From Methanothermobacter marburgensis str. Marburg (lineage in GTDB: Archaea; Methanobacteriota; Methanobacteria; Methanobacteriales; Methanothermobacteraceae): DNA of 32,000 bases. The first letter of the stretch is position 1. Each line of letters begins with the position of its first letter. The stretch lies in NCBI RefSeq assembly GCF_000145295.1, contig NC_014408.1:1482794-1514793 (forward strand), given 5' to 3'. The translations under genes and the position numbers were made by a program. The notes under the pieces were generated by a model, which had not been told where the DNA came from, searched no databases, and saw only the letters and a program-made list of their open reading frames with translations. Below are positions 19,029-28,173 of the stretch, piece after piece.

Positions 19029-19261
19029 TCTTCCTCCATTCTCATTGTCCTGTAAGCAGCAAGTGCAAAGAAGACAGGTATAATTGCGGATCCAACTATC
19101 GCCTGTGTCAGTGCCACATCAGGTGCCAGTAGCAGCTGGTAAAGGGCGGCTATCGCAGCCCCGGGGACCCCTGTGAGTATTGCTGCCTTCAGGAGGTCCC
19201 TCTGGACCAGTGCAAGCACCGCTCCAAGTATTGCTATGATCATTATCACGTATTCGATCAT
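19025..19261 (-). CDS. ehbD: EhbD: MrpB N-terminal-domain-like (DUF4040-like) membrane subunit
   Basis: Contains the [13 protein letters not shown] signature. The ATG directly abuts the ehbC stop. Confidence 0.8.
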   Translation of the reverse strand: MIEYVIMIIAILGAVLALVQRDLLKAAILTGVPGAAIAALYQLLLAPDVALTQAIVGSAIIPVFFALAAYRTMRMEEE

Positions 19262-19534
19262 CTAATCCCCCTCCCCATAATAGTGGGCGTTTGCTATTGC
19301 ATGTGAGACGAATGGTGCCAGTATGAAGTATGTTGCGGCCAGGAGTGGTTCTCCAAGGGCAAGGAGTGCCAGTATGCATGCAACATCGGCAATACCCAGG
19401 ACGTGGATCCTTGCATACAGGACCCTCTCTATATCGTCCCTGAATCTGAGTATACCTATGGCTGCCAGTATCACGAGTATGGATGAAATGATCAGGATAG
19501 CGGACCTTAAAATCATGATGTACACTTCTATCAA
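19262..19534 (-). CDS. ehbC: EhbC: MrpG/MnhG-like membrane subunit
   Basis: [26 protein letters not shown] matches the MnhG pattern. The start is uncertain (TTG 19534, GTG 19525 or ATG 19516). Confidence 0.78.
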   Translation of the reverse strand: MIEVYIMILRSAILIISSILVILAAIGILRFRDDIERVLYARIHVLGIADVACILALLALGEPLLAATYFILAPFVSHAIANAHYYGEGD

Positions 19535-19788
19535 CCCCTCAGAACCCTCGCAAATGCTATGGTACCAACTGGCCCCAGAAGAACAAGGGCATAGGCTATA
19601 TCACGGCAGAAGCCAACCCCATAGATCCTGTTTATGAGTATGAGTATCGTTGCGGTGGCCAGACTGAACGCTGATATACCAACAAGGCCCATCCCTATGC
19701 TCTTTCTTGTTGCGATCCTCACCGCTGCAATGGAGAATACTGCCAGTGAAGCCAGGAGAATATATTCTGATATCATCAGCAGATCCAT
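19531..19788 (-). CDS. ehbB: EhbB: MrpF-like small membrane subunit
   Basis: ATG 19788 is preceded by GGGGG at 6-nt spacing, just after the ehbA stop; the track start is TTG 19806. Three hydrophobic helices. Confidence 0.7.
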   Translation of the reverse strand: MDLLMISEYILLASLAVFSIAAVRIATRKSIGMGLVGISAFSLATATILILINRIYGVGFCRDIAYALVLLGPVGTIAFARVLRG

Positions 19789-19798
19789 GAAAAACCCC

Positions 19799-20110
19799 CT
19801 ATTCAAGCATCCCCCTTATGTAGGGCTCGAATGGTATTATGTCCTCCCTGCTGCGGGGATATATTGCAGCGACCTTCAGGATTCTGTTCTCAGAATCAAG
19901 GTCAACCGAAAGTGTTCCTGGTGTGAGGGTTATGCTGTTTGCAAGTATCGTCTGGGACACCGGTCTTGTGAGTTCAGTCTCTATTTCCACTATTACAGGC
20001 TCAATGTTTCCATTCAGTGTTTTTACTGCCACGTCAGCTGTTGCCTTAAGTATCTCATATATCAGGACCAGGAAGTAGGCGATACCGTACAGAATCCTTG
20101 TGATAAACAT
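19799..20110 (-). CDS. ehbA: EhbA: MrpE/MnhE-like subunit, first gene of the ehb operon
   Basis: [18 protein letters not shown] is the MnhE-family signature. GAAGGGAG lies upstream of the ATG. Confidence 0.8.
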   Translation of the reverse strand: MFITRILYGIAYFLVLIYEILKATADVAVKTLNGNIEPVIVEIETELTRPVSQTILANSITLTPGTLSVDLDSENRILKVAAIYPRSREDIIPFEPYIRGMLE

Positions 20111-20159
20111 TTTATAGCTCCCTTCTATTTAGTACCAGTTCTAATTAACATGATTATTT

Positions 20160-20190
20160 ATGATAATATAAAGTTTTCTATATAAATCGT
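20160..20190 (-). promoter_or_regulatory. Candidate promoter of the ehb operon (two TATA-like boxes)
   Basis: On the minus strand, ATTTATATAG and CTTTATATTAT lie about 55-75 nt upstream of the ehbA ATG, in a 103-bp AT-rich gap. Confidence 0.3.
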
Positions 20191-20213
20191 AATAAAAATG
20201 TGATAGTCGTTGA

Positions 20214-20918
20214 TTACAGCAACAGGAGCACGTAGAGTACCACAAGGGCCCAGAAAATCAGCATAAGGATCCCAAAGCCCTTTCTGAAGGTTCTCCCTGA
20301 GAAGGGCCTCATGAACCTGACCCCTGATGGTGTGAAAGAATCAAGGACATCATGGCTGATGAAGCCAATAAGGAGGGGTCCCATTATTGTGTAGAGATTC
20401 ATTGTGGGAAAATCCGTGAGGAAAACCCCAAGAAGAGTCAGAAGTACGAATGGTAAGATCATCACCCTGTTAAGGAACATGAACCCCAGAACCGTGAGTA
20501 TGACCATGATTGATGCCTTCCCATCAAGGCCCAGTGACCTCAGAAGGAAGAACACCGATAGAACAAACACCGTCAGACAGGCAGAGATTATGAGGGCCCC
20601 CAGAATTGAATGTGTGAATCCCCTGTGCCTTGAAAGGTAGAATATGAGGGCAAGATCCATGAGGGCAATCCCCGCAAGGTAGGGAAGACCCAGGATATAA
20701 AATACAAGGAATATCACAAGTCCAAAAAGAAACACCGTTGACACATTCTCTGATTTAACCTCATGGTCCATATCCGGAATCATGGACCCCAGAAGTGCCA
20801 GTGCAACCGGGAAAACCGCCTGGAAAATTGGGGACGCCATTATGATTGAAAAGGCGGCATGTTTCTTATATGAGGACACTGACCCACCCCGCTCTACTGA
20901 AGGAACACATCCAAACAC
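20214..20918 (-). CDS. Membrane-bound metal-dependent hydrolase family protein (YdjM/DUF457-like)
   Basis: Polytopic protein carrying RHRGFTHSILGALI and SHDVLDSFTPSGV His/Asp motifs. The start is uncertain (GTG 20918, GTG 20879 or ATG 20840). Confidence 0.65.
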   Translation of the reverse strand: MFGCVPSVERGGSVSSYKKHAAFSIIMASPIFQAVFPVALALLGSMIPDMDHEVKSENVSTVFLFGLVIFLVFYILGLPYLAGIALMDLALIFYLSRHRGFTHSILGALIISACLTVFVLSVFFLLRSLGLDGKASIMVILTVLGFMFLNRVMILPFVLLTLLGVFLTDFPTMNLYTIMGPLLIGFISHDVLDSFTPSGVRFMRPFSGRTFRKGFGILMLIFWALVVLYVLLLL

Positions 20919-20922
20919 CTCA

Positions 20923-21678
20923 TCATGATAGAATACCCATGTACTTCAGGAAAAGCCTCATCTGCAGGAGCGACCTCCCGTCACTGCCCTCCCTGACAAC
21001 TCCATTCTCAGATAAAACCTCACAGGTTACAGAGGGGATGCCGGCAAGATTGCATTCATCCTCAAGGGCCCCCCTGTAATGGGAAGACGCCTTCTCATAG
21101 CATAGAAGTTTTGATGAGGTCCTTGAAGTTATGTAACGGGCTATCTCCATGCTTTCATGTTCAGGTTCCTCTGAACAGAAAACCCCCTCAACGCCGGGTT
21201 TGCTTCCAGGTGCCGTGGAGTGGAAATCTGCAAGGGCATCCACCCCCATCTCACATGCCCTCCTGAATATGGAATTTGTTACAGACCCCCTGATACTGGC
21301 CGAGCGGTTCAGATCATGGCCCGTGAACCATCTGCTGTTCTTCATCGTTGCCCATGGGGCAGCAAATGGTATCACATGAACTGTCCCCCTGATATCCATG
21401 GATAAAAGCTGTTCTGAAAGCCTTACAGCCGCTACCTGTGGGGGTATCTCATTGCCATGGACCCCAGCCACTATCATCACCACTGGCCTCCCCCCTCCAA
21501 AGGTGAGCATCACTGTACCCTTCCGGGAGTACTCTGCCAGTTCAAGGGAAAGTTCTGAGCTTAAATGTGGCCGTAGAGCATCATTGAGAGTAACATCACC
21601 CCCCGAGCCCTCATGTACAGTTGAAATTTTGATCGAGTCCTCCCTCACAAACATCATGGTCACCACGCACAGAACCAT
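20923..21678 (-). CDS. Succinylglutamate desuccinylase/aspartoacylase (AstE/AspA, M14-like Zn hydrolase) family protein
   Basis: VMIVAGVHGNEIPPQ supplies the HxxE zinc motif, and a later FHS motif supplies another His. The start may instead be ATG 21657 or 21654. Confidence 0.7.
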   Translation of the reverse strand: MVLCVVTMMFVREDSIKISTVHEGSGGDVTLNDALRPHLSSELSLELAEYSRKGTVMLTFGGGRPVVMIVAGVHGNEIPPQVAAVRLSEQLLSMDIRGTVHVIPFAAPWATMKNSRWFTGHDLNRSASIRGSVTNSIFRRACEMGVDALADFHSTAPGSKPGVEGVFCSEEPEHESMEIARYITSRTSSKLLCYEKASSHYRGALEDECNLAGIPSVTCEVLSENGVVREGSDGRSLLQMRLFLKYMGILS

Positions 21679-21864
21679 AAACCTAATAGAGTATCAGGGA
21701 TCCCCATTGCAGATCTCTCAGTTAACCGGAAGCGATGATAGCACCTTGACCCCATCCATATGGGTCTCCGGCTACACCGGGGACAGACTTAATAACACCT
21801 ACCCATTATATCTATAATGCTGGTAATAAAAACATGAGTATTTGATTCTTATAAGGTGATTGTT

Positions 21865-23049
21865 ATGGATAAGGTGGTTCTTGCTTTCAGTGGAGGTCTT
21901 GACACATCTGTATGTATCAAGCTCCTTGAGGAAAAATACGGTATGGAAGTCATAACAGCCTGTGTGGATGTTGGTCAGCCGCGGGAGGAGGTTGAAAGAC
22001 CAGCAAGGGTTGCAGAGGAACTCGGAAACTATAAACACCACACAGTGGATGCAAGGGAGGAGTTTGCAGAGAACTACATATTCCCCGCCATAAAGGCAAA
22101 TGCAGTATACGAGGGCTACCCCCTCAGCACGGCCCTTGCAAGACCCCTCATAGCAGAAAAGATAGTTGAGGTGGCCGAATCCGAGGGCGCATCTGCAATA
22201 GCCCATGGATGCACAGGTAAGGGGAACGACCAGTTCCGTTTTGAGGCGGTTATAAGGTCAAGGACAGACCTTGAGGTCATCGCACCCATAAGGGACCTGA
22301 ACCTCACAAGGACAGAGGAAATGGAATACGCCAGATCCTGCGGCATACCCCTGCCCTCCGATAAGCTCTACAGTATAGACGAAAACCTCTGGGGGCGTGC
22401 AATAGAGGGCGACATCCTGGAGGACCCCATGGTGGAACCACCTGAGGACGCATTCCAGTGGACAAGGCCCATCGATAAAACCCCTGAAGAACCAGAGGTG
22501 GTCGAGATTGAATTCAGGAAGGGTGTCCCAGTTGCACTGAATGGTGATGAGATGAAGCCCCTTGAACTCATAGGCCTTGCAAATGAAATCGCTGGTAAAC
22601 ACGGGATTGGAAGGGTTGACATCATGGAGGACCGTATCATAGGTATGAAGAGCCGGGAGATCTATGAAACACCCGCAGCCTTCCTCCTCCTGGAGGCCCA
22701 CCGGGCCCTTGAGCAGCTGACACTTACCAGGAGCGAGCTGCGATTTGCTGATATAATCAGTGGCACCTATGCTGAACTCGTCTACAGTGGACTCTGGCAT
22801 GACCCCCTCCGTGAGGACCTTGATATGGCAATAAACCACATGCAGAGGCGTGTAACCGGAATGGTGAGGGTCAAGCTACACCGGGGCAGTATGCGGGTCA
22901 TAGGCAGAAAGTCACCCTACAGCCTCTACAGTGAGGAGATAGTATCCTTTGAGGACAAGACCCTTGACCAGAGGGAGATGGCAGGAATGGTCAAGAACTA
23001 CGCCCTCCAGGCAGGGATATACAACAGGGTATGCAGGAAGGAGAACTGA
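21865..23049 (+). CDS. argG: Argininosuccinate synthase
   Basis: [13 protein letters not shown] is the PP-loop, followed by [14 protein letters not shown] and an ENLWGR-type motif. ATG 21865 follows AAGGTGAT; the track start is GTG 21856. Confidence 0.95.
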   Translation: MDKVVLAFSGGLDTSVCIKLLEEKYGMEVITACVDVGQPREEVERPARVAEELGNYKHHTVDAREEFAENYIFPAIKANAVYEGYPLSTALARPLIAEKIVEVAESEGASAIAHGCTGKGNDQFRFEAVIRSRTDLEVIAPIRDLNLTRTEEMEYARSCGIPLPSDKLYSIDENLWGRAIEGDILEDPMVEPPEDAFQWTRPIDKTPEEPEVVEIEFRKGVPVALNGDEMKPLELIGLANEIAGKHGIGRVDIMEDRIIGMKSREIYETPAAFLLLEAHRALEQLTLTRSELRFADIISGTYAELVYSGLWHDPLREDLDMAINHMQRRVTGMVRVKLHRGSMRVIGRKSPYSLYSEEIVSFEDKTLDQREMAGMVKNYALQAGIYNRVCRKEN

Positions 23050-23318
23050 TGGAAGGGTTCTCATTCCTTGTTCTCATTGTGGTTGCCACATTCATAATTG
23101 CGGGGGGTCTTGCGTCCCTCAGAATACTTTTTGGTGTTGGAAGGAAGATACTGGCACTTGCAGGAAACATAGTGCTTGGTATTTTTCTTCTTTTTGGTGT
23201 TAATATACTGCCATTCGTAAACATCCCCATCAACCCTCTTACAGTCCTTGTGGCTGGTTTTGGTGGGGTGACGGGAGTCGGGATACTTCTCATTGGAAAC
23301 ATCCTTGGGCTGGTCTGA
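23049..23318 (+). CDS. Small three-TM membrane protein resembling the BofA family
   Basis: ATG 23049 overlaps the argG TGA (TGATG). INPLTVLVAGFGGVTGVGILLI resembles the BofA C-terminal motif. Confidence 0.55.
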   Translation: MEGFSFLVLIVVATFIIAGGLASLRILFGVGRKILALAGNIVLGIFLLFGVNILPFVNIPINPLTVLVAGFGGVTGVGILLIGNILGLV

Positions 23319-23413
23319 GGATACCCCTTTGATATTATTTTTGACGGCGCAGTGTAAAGGAGGCCCCTGTCAGCCTCCCCTTGCTATTAATTCAACTCTT
23401 ACTTTTTGATGGC

Positions 23414-24916
23414 TCAGAAACCATAGGTCCGCATATCCATTGCCCCTGGAATAAAATCATGGATATCTGATGCTAAAAATCCTGTTCCATATTTCTCCAT
23501 TGCCAGTTCCCCTGCCTTACCATTTATGAATGCTGCAAGTGAGGCGGAATCAAATGATGAAAGCCCCATTGCACATAGACCCGCAGTTAAACCAGCAAGG
23601 CAATCCCCTGTACCACCAACAGTCATCCCCTGGCAGCCCGTCCTGTTGAGGCGGAATCTGTCACCCTGGAATATCATGTCCACATGGCCCTTCAGAAGAA
23701 CCGTTCCCCTTATCCTTGAGGAAACAGAGCTGAAGGCAGCCACCCGTTCACTGAAATCGGCGTATATCTCGGATCTGAGTTTAAAGAACTCCCTGAATTC
23801 ACCCATATGTGGAGTTACAGTTAGATCCCTGTAGTCAGTGACATGGGAGTAATCAATCAGCCTGAGTGCATCGGCATCGAGTACCAGGGGTTTCCCCATT
23901 TCCTGGAGTGCTCCAATAAGTTCTCTGAAAGTTTCTGATGTTGATTGGTGCCTACCAGCCCCACAGCCCACAAGAACAGAATCGGCATTTTCTGCAAGTT
24001 CCAGGAGCTCCCCCAGGGACCCTGGCCCTATATATTTACCCTCAAGTTTCCTGACTATTAGATCAGGTGCGATGGATTTGATGGCGCTGGCTGCGCTGCC
24101 CGGTGCTGCAACGGTTACAACGTCTGCACCTGCCCTCAGTGCGGAGATGGCTGCGAGTGCAGGGGCCCCTGAGTAGTGATGGCTTCCACCGATAACCAGA
24201 ACCCTCCCGTTTTCCCCCTTATGACTCTCAGGGCTCCTGGAGGGTATTCTTAGAAGATCCCCTGGACCCACAAATACCTCGGCTGCCCTTGGTATCCCTA
24301 TGTCCCTCACCACGATTTCGCCTGTGATGGCAGGGTCCGCCTTTTCAAGTCCATCCTTCATCCTGTGAAAAGTCACCGTAAGGTCTGCAGATACAGCAAC
24401 ATCATCCACGGTACCAGTCTCTGGGCTGAGTCCGCTTGGTATATCCACAGAAACCTTAAATGCGTCTGAAAGGTTTATGAGTTCAATGGCTGACCTTGAT
24501 GGTTCCCTTATAACCCCCCTGACACCCGTGCCAAGTACTGCATCAACAACCACATCTGCATCCACAGGAAAAAGCTCAGATGAATCACTGACTGCCCTTA
24601 CACCGAGTATGCCTGGCTCCGGCTGCATGGCCATGAGAACATCCCAGTTACGCCGTGCCTCCGCTGACCCTATCCTTTCGGGGTGCGTGAGTAGGAGAAC
24701 CTCAACCTCGAATCCCATGTTAAGGAGATGCCGTGCGGCAACAAACCCATCACCACCATTTCCCCCCGATCCGCAAAATAATATGACCCTTCCTCCATCC
24801 GCATAATTCCCTATCTCCTCTGCAACTGCCCTTCCAGCAGTCTCCATAAGGGAAAGTCTTGGAATACCAAGGTACTCGGCATTAATATCAGCTGCTGCCA
24901 CATCAATCGGCTTCAT
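23414..24916 (-). CDS. nnr: Bifunctional NAD(P)H-hydrate repair enzyme (epimerase + ADP-dependent dehydratase; YjeF family)
   Basis: The N-terminal YjeF_N region reads FCGSGGNGGDGFVAARHL. The C-terminal carbohydrate-kinase-like half reads HKGENGRVLVIGGS...GTGDCLAG. Confidence 0.9.
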   Translation of the reverse strand: MKPIDVAAADINAEYLGIPRLSLMETAGRAVAEEIGNYADGGRVILFCGSGGNGGDGFVAARHLLNMGFEVEVLLLTHPERIGSAEARRNWDVLMAMQPEPGILGVRAVSDSSELFPVDADVVVDAVLGTGVRGVIREPSRSAIELINLSDAFKVSVDIPSGLSPETGTVDDVAVSADLTVTFHRMKDGLEKADPAITGEIVVRDIGIPRAAEVFVGPGDLLRIPSRSPESHKGENGRVLVIGGSHHYSGAPALAAISALRAGADVVTVAAPGSAASAIKSIAPDLIVRKLEGKYIGPGSLGELLELAENADSVLVGCGAGRHQSTSETFRELIGALQEMGKPLVLDADALRLIDYSHVTDYRDLTVTPHMGEFREFFKLRSEIYADFSERVAAFSSVSSRIRGTVLLKGHVDMIFQGDRFRLNRTGCQGMTVGGTGDCLAGLTAGLCAMGLSSFDSASLAAFINGKAGELAMEKYGTGFLASDIHDFIPGAMDMRTYGF

Positions 24917-25031
24917 GACTGTTTCACCATCCTTAGAATTTCAGGGTTAATTCCAGAGCCCCCACTCCAGATACTCTGAATTTATATTATTGACTGACAG
25001 ATATTTAACATATCAAGAGGCGAGGTTTCCC

Positions 25032-26960
25032 ATGCCACCCAAAAGGAATCTGGTGGAGAATATCCCATACGTTCCCCTATCAGTCATATACTATGCCCTC
25101 GCGGCTCTGGCGGCTCTCATAATTTATGGTATACTTGGCTCAATGTACATAATGGGTCTTGACCTCTACAATGCCATCTACTTCACAGTGATCACCATCG
25201 CCACTGTGGGTTACGGGGACATAACACCAGTCACGGTATCCCAGAAGATATTCTCTGTTACCCTTGCCCTTGGTGGTGTGGGACTCATAGCCTATGTTCT
25301 AAGCTTAACCGTTTCGGTGATCACGATGACACTGCAGGAGACCATATCAGGTGCCCGGATACGGAGGTTAATGCAGTCAATGAACAACCACTTCATTCTC
25401 TGTGGTTTTGGCCGTGTTGGATCCGCCGTTTTTAAGGAACTCCAGAAAAGGAATCAGAAGACCATAATAATTGAGAAGGACCGGGAAATAGTGGAGAAGG
25501 AACTCTGGGAGGATCCCAACGTACTTGCAATACCTGAAAGCGCCACAGATGAGGATACACTCAGGGCTGCCGGCATAAAGAGGGCCCGTGGGGTTATAAT
25601 AACAACCGGGGATGATGTTGACAACCTCTTCATAACCCTCACCTGCAGGGAGCTGAATCCAGACATATGGATCGTGACAAGGTCCAGTAAGAGGGAAAAC
25701 ATAAAGAGGCTCTACCGTGCAGGGGCCAACCGTGTGATCTCCCCTGAGATCAGCGGGGGTGAGGACATCTACTTTGCAGCCATGGAGCCCACCATGGTGA
25801 AGATAACAGTTAAGCATGATGTTGAGGATATTGGAAAGGAGGCAGAGATAATACTCAAGTATGGCTGCACACTGGAGGATATAGAGTACCACCTCCCTGA
25901 GTTCAAGGAGCCCTTGGTGAGGAAGATCGGAGTATCCAAGAAAAAGGAACTTGAACGGTTTTTAAATGCCCTTGAGGGAGACCCCTCCAGAAAGAGCTCC
26001 CTTACAAGGATCTATGAGTCTGTGAGCGGAATACACTCCCACTGGATATCCGGGCCAGACCGGGAGAGTATAGATAAGGTCATAGATGAACTCAGAGAGG
26101 AGGGTATCCTTCTCGGCGTTAACCTAGATGACAATGAGATAAAGGAAGTTGCAAGGAAGCATGGGCGGCTTGTTGAGATAATAATTAAACCTGAGATGAG
26201 CATTGTTGAAAACCACGGCGTGGATGATATAAGAAGGGAAGCAGAGATCATAATAAAGAATGGCTGTACAATCGAGGACATAGAGTACTACCTTCCAGGT
26301 TTCTCAGAGCCCCTCAGAAGAAATGTGGGTGTTGACTCAATTGAGGACGTCGACCGTTTCATAAAGACCCTCAGGAGTGACTCCCGTAAACTGGAATCCC
26401 TTGACAGACTCTACACCCTCTCAGGTGGGGGCATACATACACACAGGATATCAGGACCTGACGCAAAAAGCCTTGATAGGGTGGAGGAGGAGCTCAGGAA
26501 GGAGGGTTTCCTCATAGGAGTTAATCTGGACCTCGCTGAGATCAAATCCATAATACAGGAATCAGGAAGGGTTGTTGAGATGCTCCTGAAGCATGACCTG
26601 GGTAACATGGACGACAAGGAGACAATTATAAGGAGGGGCGGTCGAATCCTTGACTCAAAGCACTACCTTCCAGGGGTGAGGCAGGTGGTCACAAGGAACC
26701 TCAACATACGGAACATGGATGACCTCCGGAGGTGCCAGGAGGAACTTGAAAAGCCAGACGCCAGGAGATCCCTGAAGGCCCTGTACAGCATATCAAGGAA
26801 TATACACTCACACACCGTCGCTGCAAGTGACGTTAAGGTTATAAAGAAGATTGAGAGGGACCTCGAAAAGAGGGGTGTGCTCCTTGGTGTTAACCTCTCT
26901 GAAGATGAGATATGGGACATAGTTGAAAGTGAAATGATGGAGAAGTTCTGCATAGAATAA
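25032..26960 (+). CDS. Two-TM K+ channel with RCK-N (TrkA-N) domain and a long triplicated C-terminal region
   Basis: The selectivity filter TVGYGD sits between two TM helices. [14 protein letters not shown] is the Rossmann motif of RCK-N. ATG 25032 follows GAGGT; the track start is TTG 24990. Confidence 0.85.
   Translation: MPPKRNLVENIPYVPLSVIYYALAALAALIIYGILGSMYIMGLDLYNAIYFTVITIATVGYGDITPVTVSQKIFSVTLALGGVGLIAYVLSLTVSVITMTLQETISGARIRRLMQSMNNHFILCGFGRVGSAVFKELQKRNQKTIIIEKDREIVEKELWEDPNVLAIPESATDEDTLRAAGIKRARGVIITTGDDVDNLFITLTCRELNPDIWIVTRSSKRENIKRLYRAGANRVISPEISGGEDIYFAAMEPTMVKITVKHDVEDIGKEAEIILKYGCTLEDIEYHLPEFKEPLVRKIGVSKKKELERFLNALEGDPSRKSSLTRIYESVSGIHSHWISGPDRESIDKVIDELREEGILLGVNLDDNEIKEVARKHGRLVEIIIKPEMSIVENHGVDDIRREAEIIIKNGCTIEDIEYYLPGFSEPLRRNVGVDSIEDVDRFIKTLRSDSRKLESLDRLYTLSGGGIHTHRISGPDAKSLDRVEEELRKEGFLIGVNLDLAEIKSIIQESGRVVEMLLKHDLGNMDDKETIIRRGGRILDSKHYLPGVRQVVTRNLNIRNMDDLRRCQEELEKPDARRSLKALYSISRNIHSHTVAASDVKVIKKIERDLEKRGVLLGVNLSEDEIWDIVESEMMEKFCIE
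25797..26957 (+). repeat. Three tandem intragenic coding repeats (about 127, 134 and 126 codons) within the channel gene
   Basis: The units are R1 25797-26177, R2 26178-26579 and R3 26580-26957. The shared strings are listed in the channel finding. Confidence 0.8.
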
Positions 26961-26975
26961 AAAATGCTTCAATTC

Positions 26976-26992
26976 TTAAAAATAAAAAAATA
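26976..26992 (-). terminator. Oligo-T terminator for ftr
   Basis: The minus strand reads CTATTTTTTTATTTTTAAG shortly after the ftr TAA. Confidence 0.4.
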
Positions 26993-26998
26993 GAGTAT

Positions 26999-27892
26999 TT
27001 AGAAGAGGTCATGGAGTTTGATCTGGTATGCTCCAAGGTTGCCGCCGTAGTTCCCTGCACTTATCTTAATTATGCCTGGAACGGTACATGCGGCCTTTAT
27101 ACCTTCCTTCATTGCCTCCCTTACAACCTCTTCGTTGACACCGTCTATAACTATCTCATATACCCCGTTGACGTTTTCAGGTATCTCGCTGCCCTCAACC
27201 TCATCCTTGAGTGTCACGCACATCTTCTCATTGGTTGAGGCGTTGAGGAACTTGTACTTGTTTGATCCAACCTTTGAACCTGAAGCCACCACACCACCGG
27301 GGAATGGTGTTACCGTGCCTTCAACTGCGGCTATTGCATCCACTGCAGCCTGGGCCGCAAGGAGGGCTGATGCCTGACTGTCACCCATGATGAAGAAGTT
27401 TCCGCCTGCAACCCCGTCCTTTATTCCAAATTCGCTTTCAATGAGGAAGTCGCCTGACATTATCGGGATTGAGTGGATTTTCCTTCCATCAATTTCAAGT
27501 TCCTTCTCGTAGCCATCCCCGAAGAACTTGAGTTTGAATCCCACATTGAGCTTCTCGTCCTCGTCATCGAGAGCATCGAATACTGCGGTTGTTGGTGCTG
27601 TAAGTATACCCATCCCTATCCTTTCAAGGAGTTCATGGTCCAGGTTCTTCTTTGATGGGTTGCAGATCATTATTATGTATCCGGGCCTTCCATCGGGTGT
27701 CTCCTCTGGTGGAACGTAGCAGTCTATACCTGCCTCTGCAGGGCACCCTATAACAGATGTACCGTAACCTGTTGCCTCGGTTGCAGCTATCTTTGCAAGT
27801 TTTTTGGTTGCTGCAGTTACAAGGACCCTTGAAACCTTGATACCGAAGGCCTCCGCAAATGTATCCTCTATTTCAACACCATTTATCTCCAT
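26999..27892 (-). CDS. ftr: Formylmethanofuran:tetrahydromethanopterin N-formyltransferase
   Basis: [16 protein letters not shown]...[14 protein letters not shown] and the rest are recognisably Ftr. ATG 27892 gives the canonical MEING N-terminus; the track start is 27901. Confidence 0.93.
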   Translation of the reverse strand: MEINGVEIEDTFAEAFGIKVSRVLVTAATKKLAKIAATEATGYGTSVIGCPAEAGIDCYVPPEETPDGRPGYIIMICNPSKKNLDHELLERIGMGILTAPTTAVFDALDDEDEKLNVGFKLKFFGDGYEKELEIDGRKIHSIPIMSGDFLIESEFGIKDGVAGGNFFIMGDSQASALLAAQAAVDAIAAVEGTVTPFPGGVVASGSKVGSNKYKFLNASTNEKMCVTLKDEVEGSEIPENVNGVYEIVIDGVNEEVVREAMKEGIKAACTVPGIIKISAGNYGGNLGAYQIKLHDLF

Positions 27893-28009
27893 AATTATCA
27901 CCTAGTTGATTTAGTGGAAGAACTGCTAATATATTTTTCTAATTTTGTTTAGGTATTAAGGCCCGTTCAAAAATCAGTTATCTTCTCAGCACCCCAAGGG
28001 CACTTTAAA

Positions 28010-28090
28010 TGAATCTAAATGATCTTCTGCAGAATTAAAAGTACTAAACCGCCGCCTTGAATCTACATGATGTTTTACAGAATTAAAAGT
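28010..28090. repeat. Two imperfect 33-bp direct repeats 48 bp apart (TGAATCTA[A/C]ATGAT..T..CAGAATTAAAAGT)
   Basis: 28010-28042 and 28058-28090 differ at 4 of 33 positions. They lie in the 281-bp gap between the kinase stop and the ftr start. Confidence 0.8.
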
Positions 28091-28173
28091 GACTTTGATG
28101 AGAAAACCTATCAGTAAACCAGAGTAAAGAATTGCAGGAATTATCCTCATGGAGGTTTAATCCAAGATGTGCT

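Noticed and set aside
19634-20185. 183-aa plus-strand ORF antisense to ehbA/ehbB
   Set aside because: It overlaps two signature-bearing Mrp-like genes and runs into the AT-rich promoter gap. It has no coding-like features.
22258-22839. 193-aa minus-strand ORF inside argG
   Set aside because: It is antisense to an unambiguous argininosuccinate synthase gene.
23359-23378. GGAGGC-N8-GCCTCC hairpin between the convergent BofA-like gene and nnr, as a possible bidirectional terminator
   Set aside because: The stem is only 6 bp and cannot be extended, and archaeal termination does not require hairpins. This is too weak to call a feature.
25377-26953. Several minus-strand ORFs (171, 82, 89, 68 and 96 aa) inside the K+ channel gene
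   Set aside because: They are antisense shadows. Their recurrence simply mirrors the threefold coding repeat on the plus strand.
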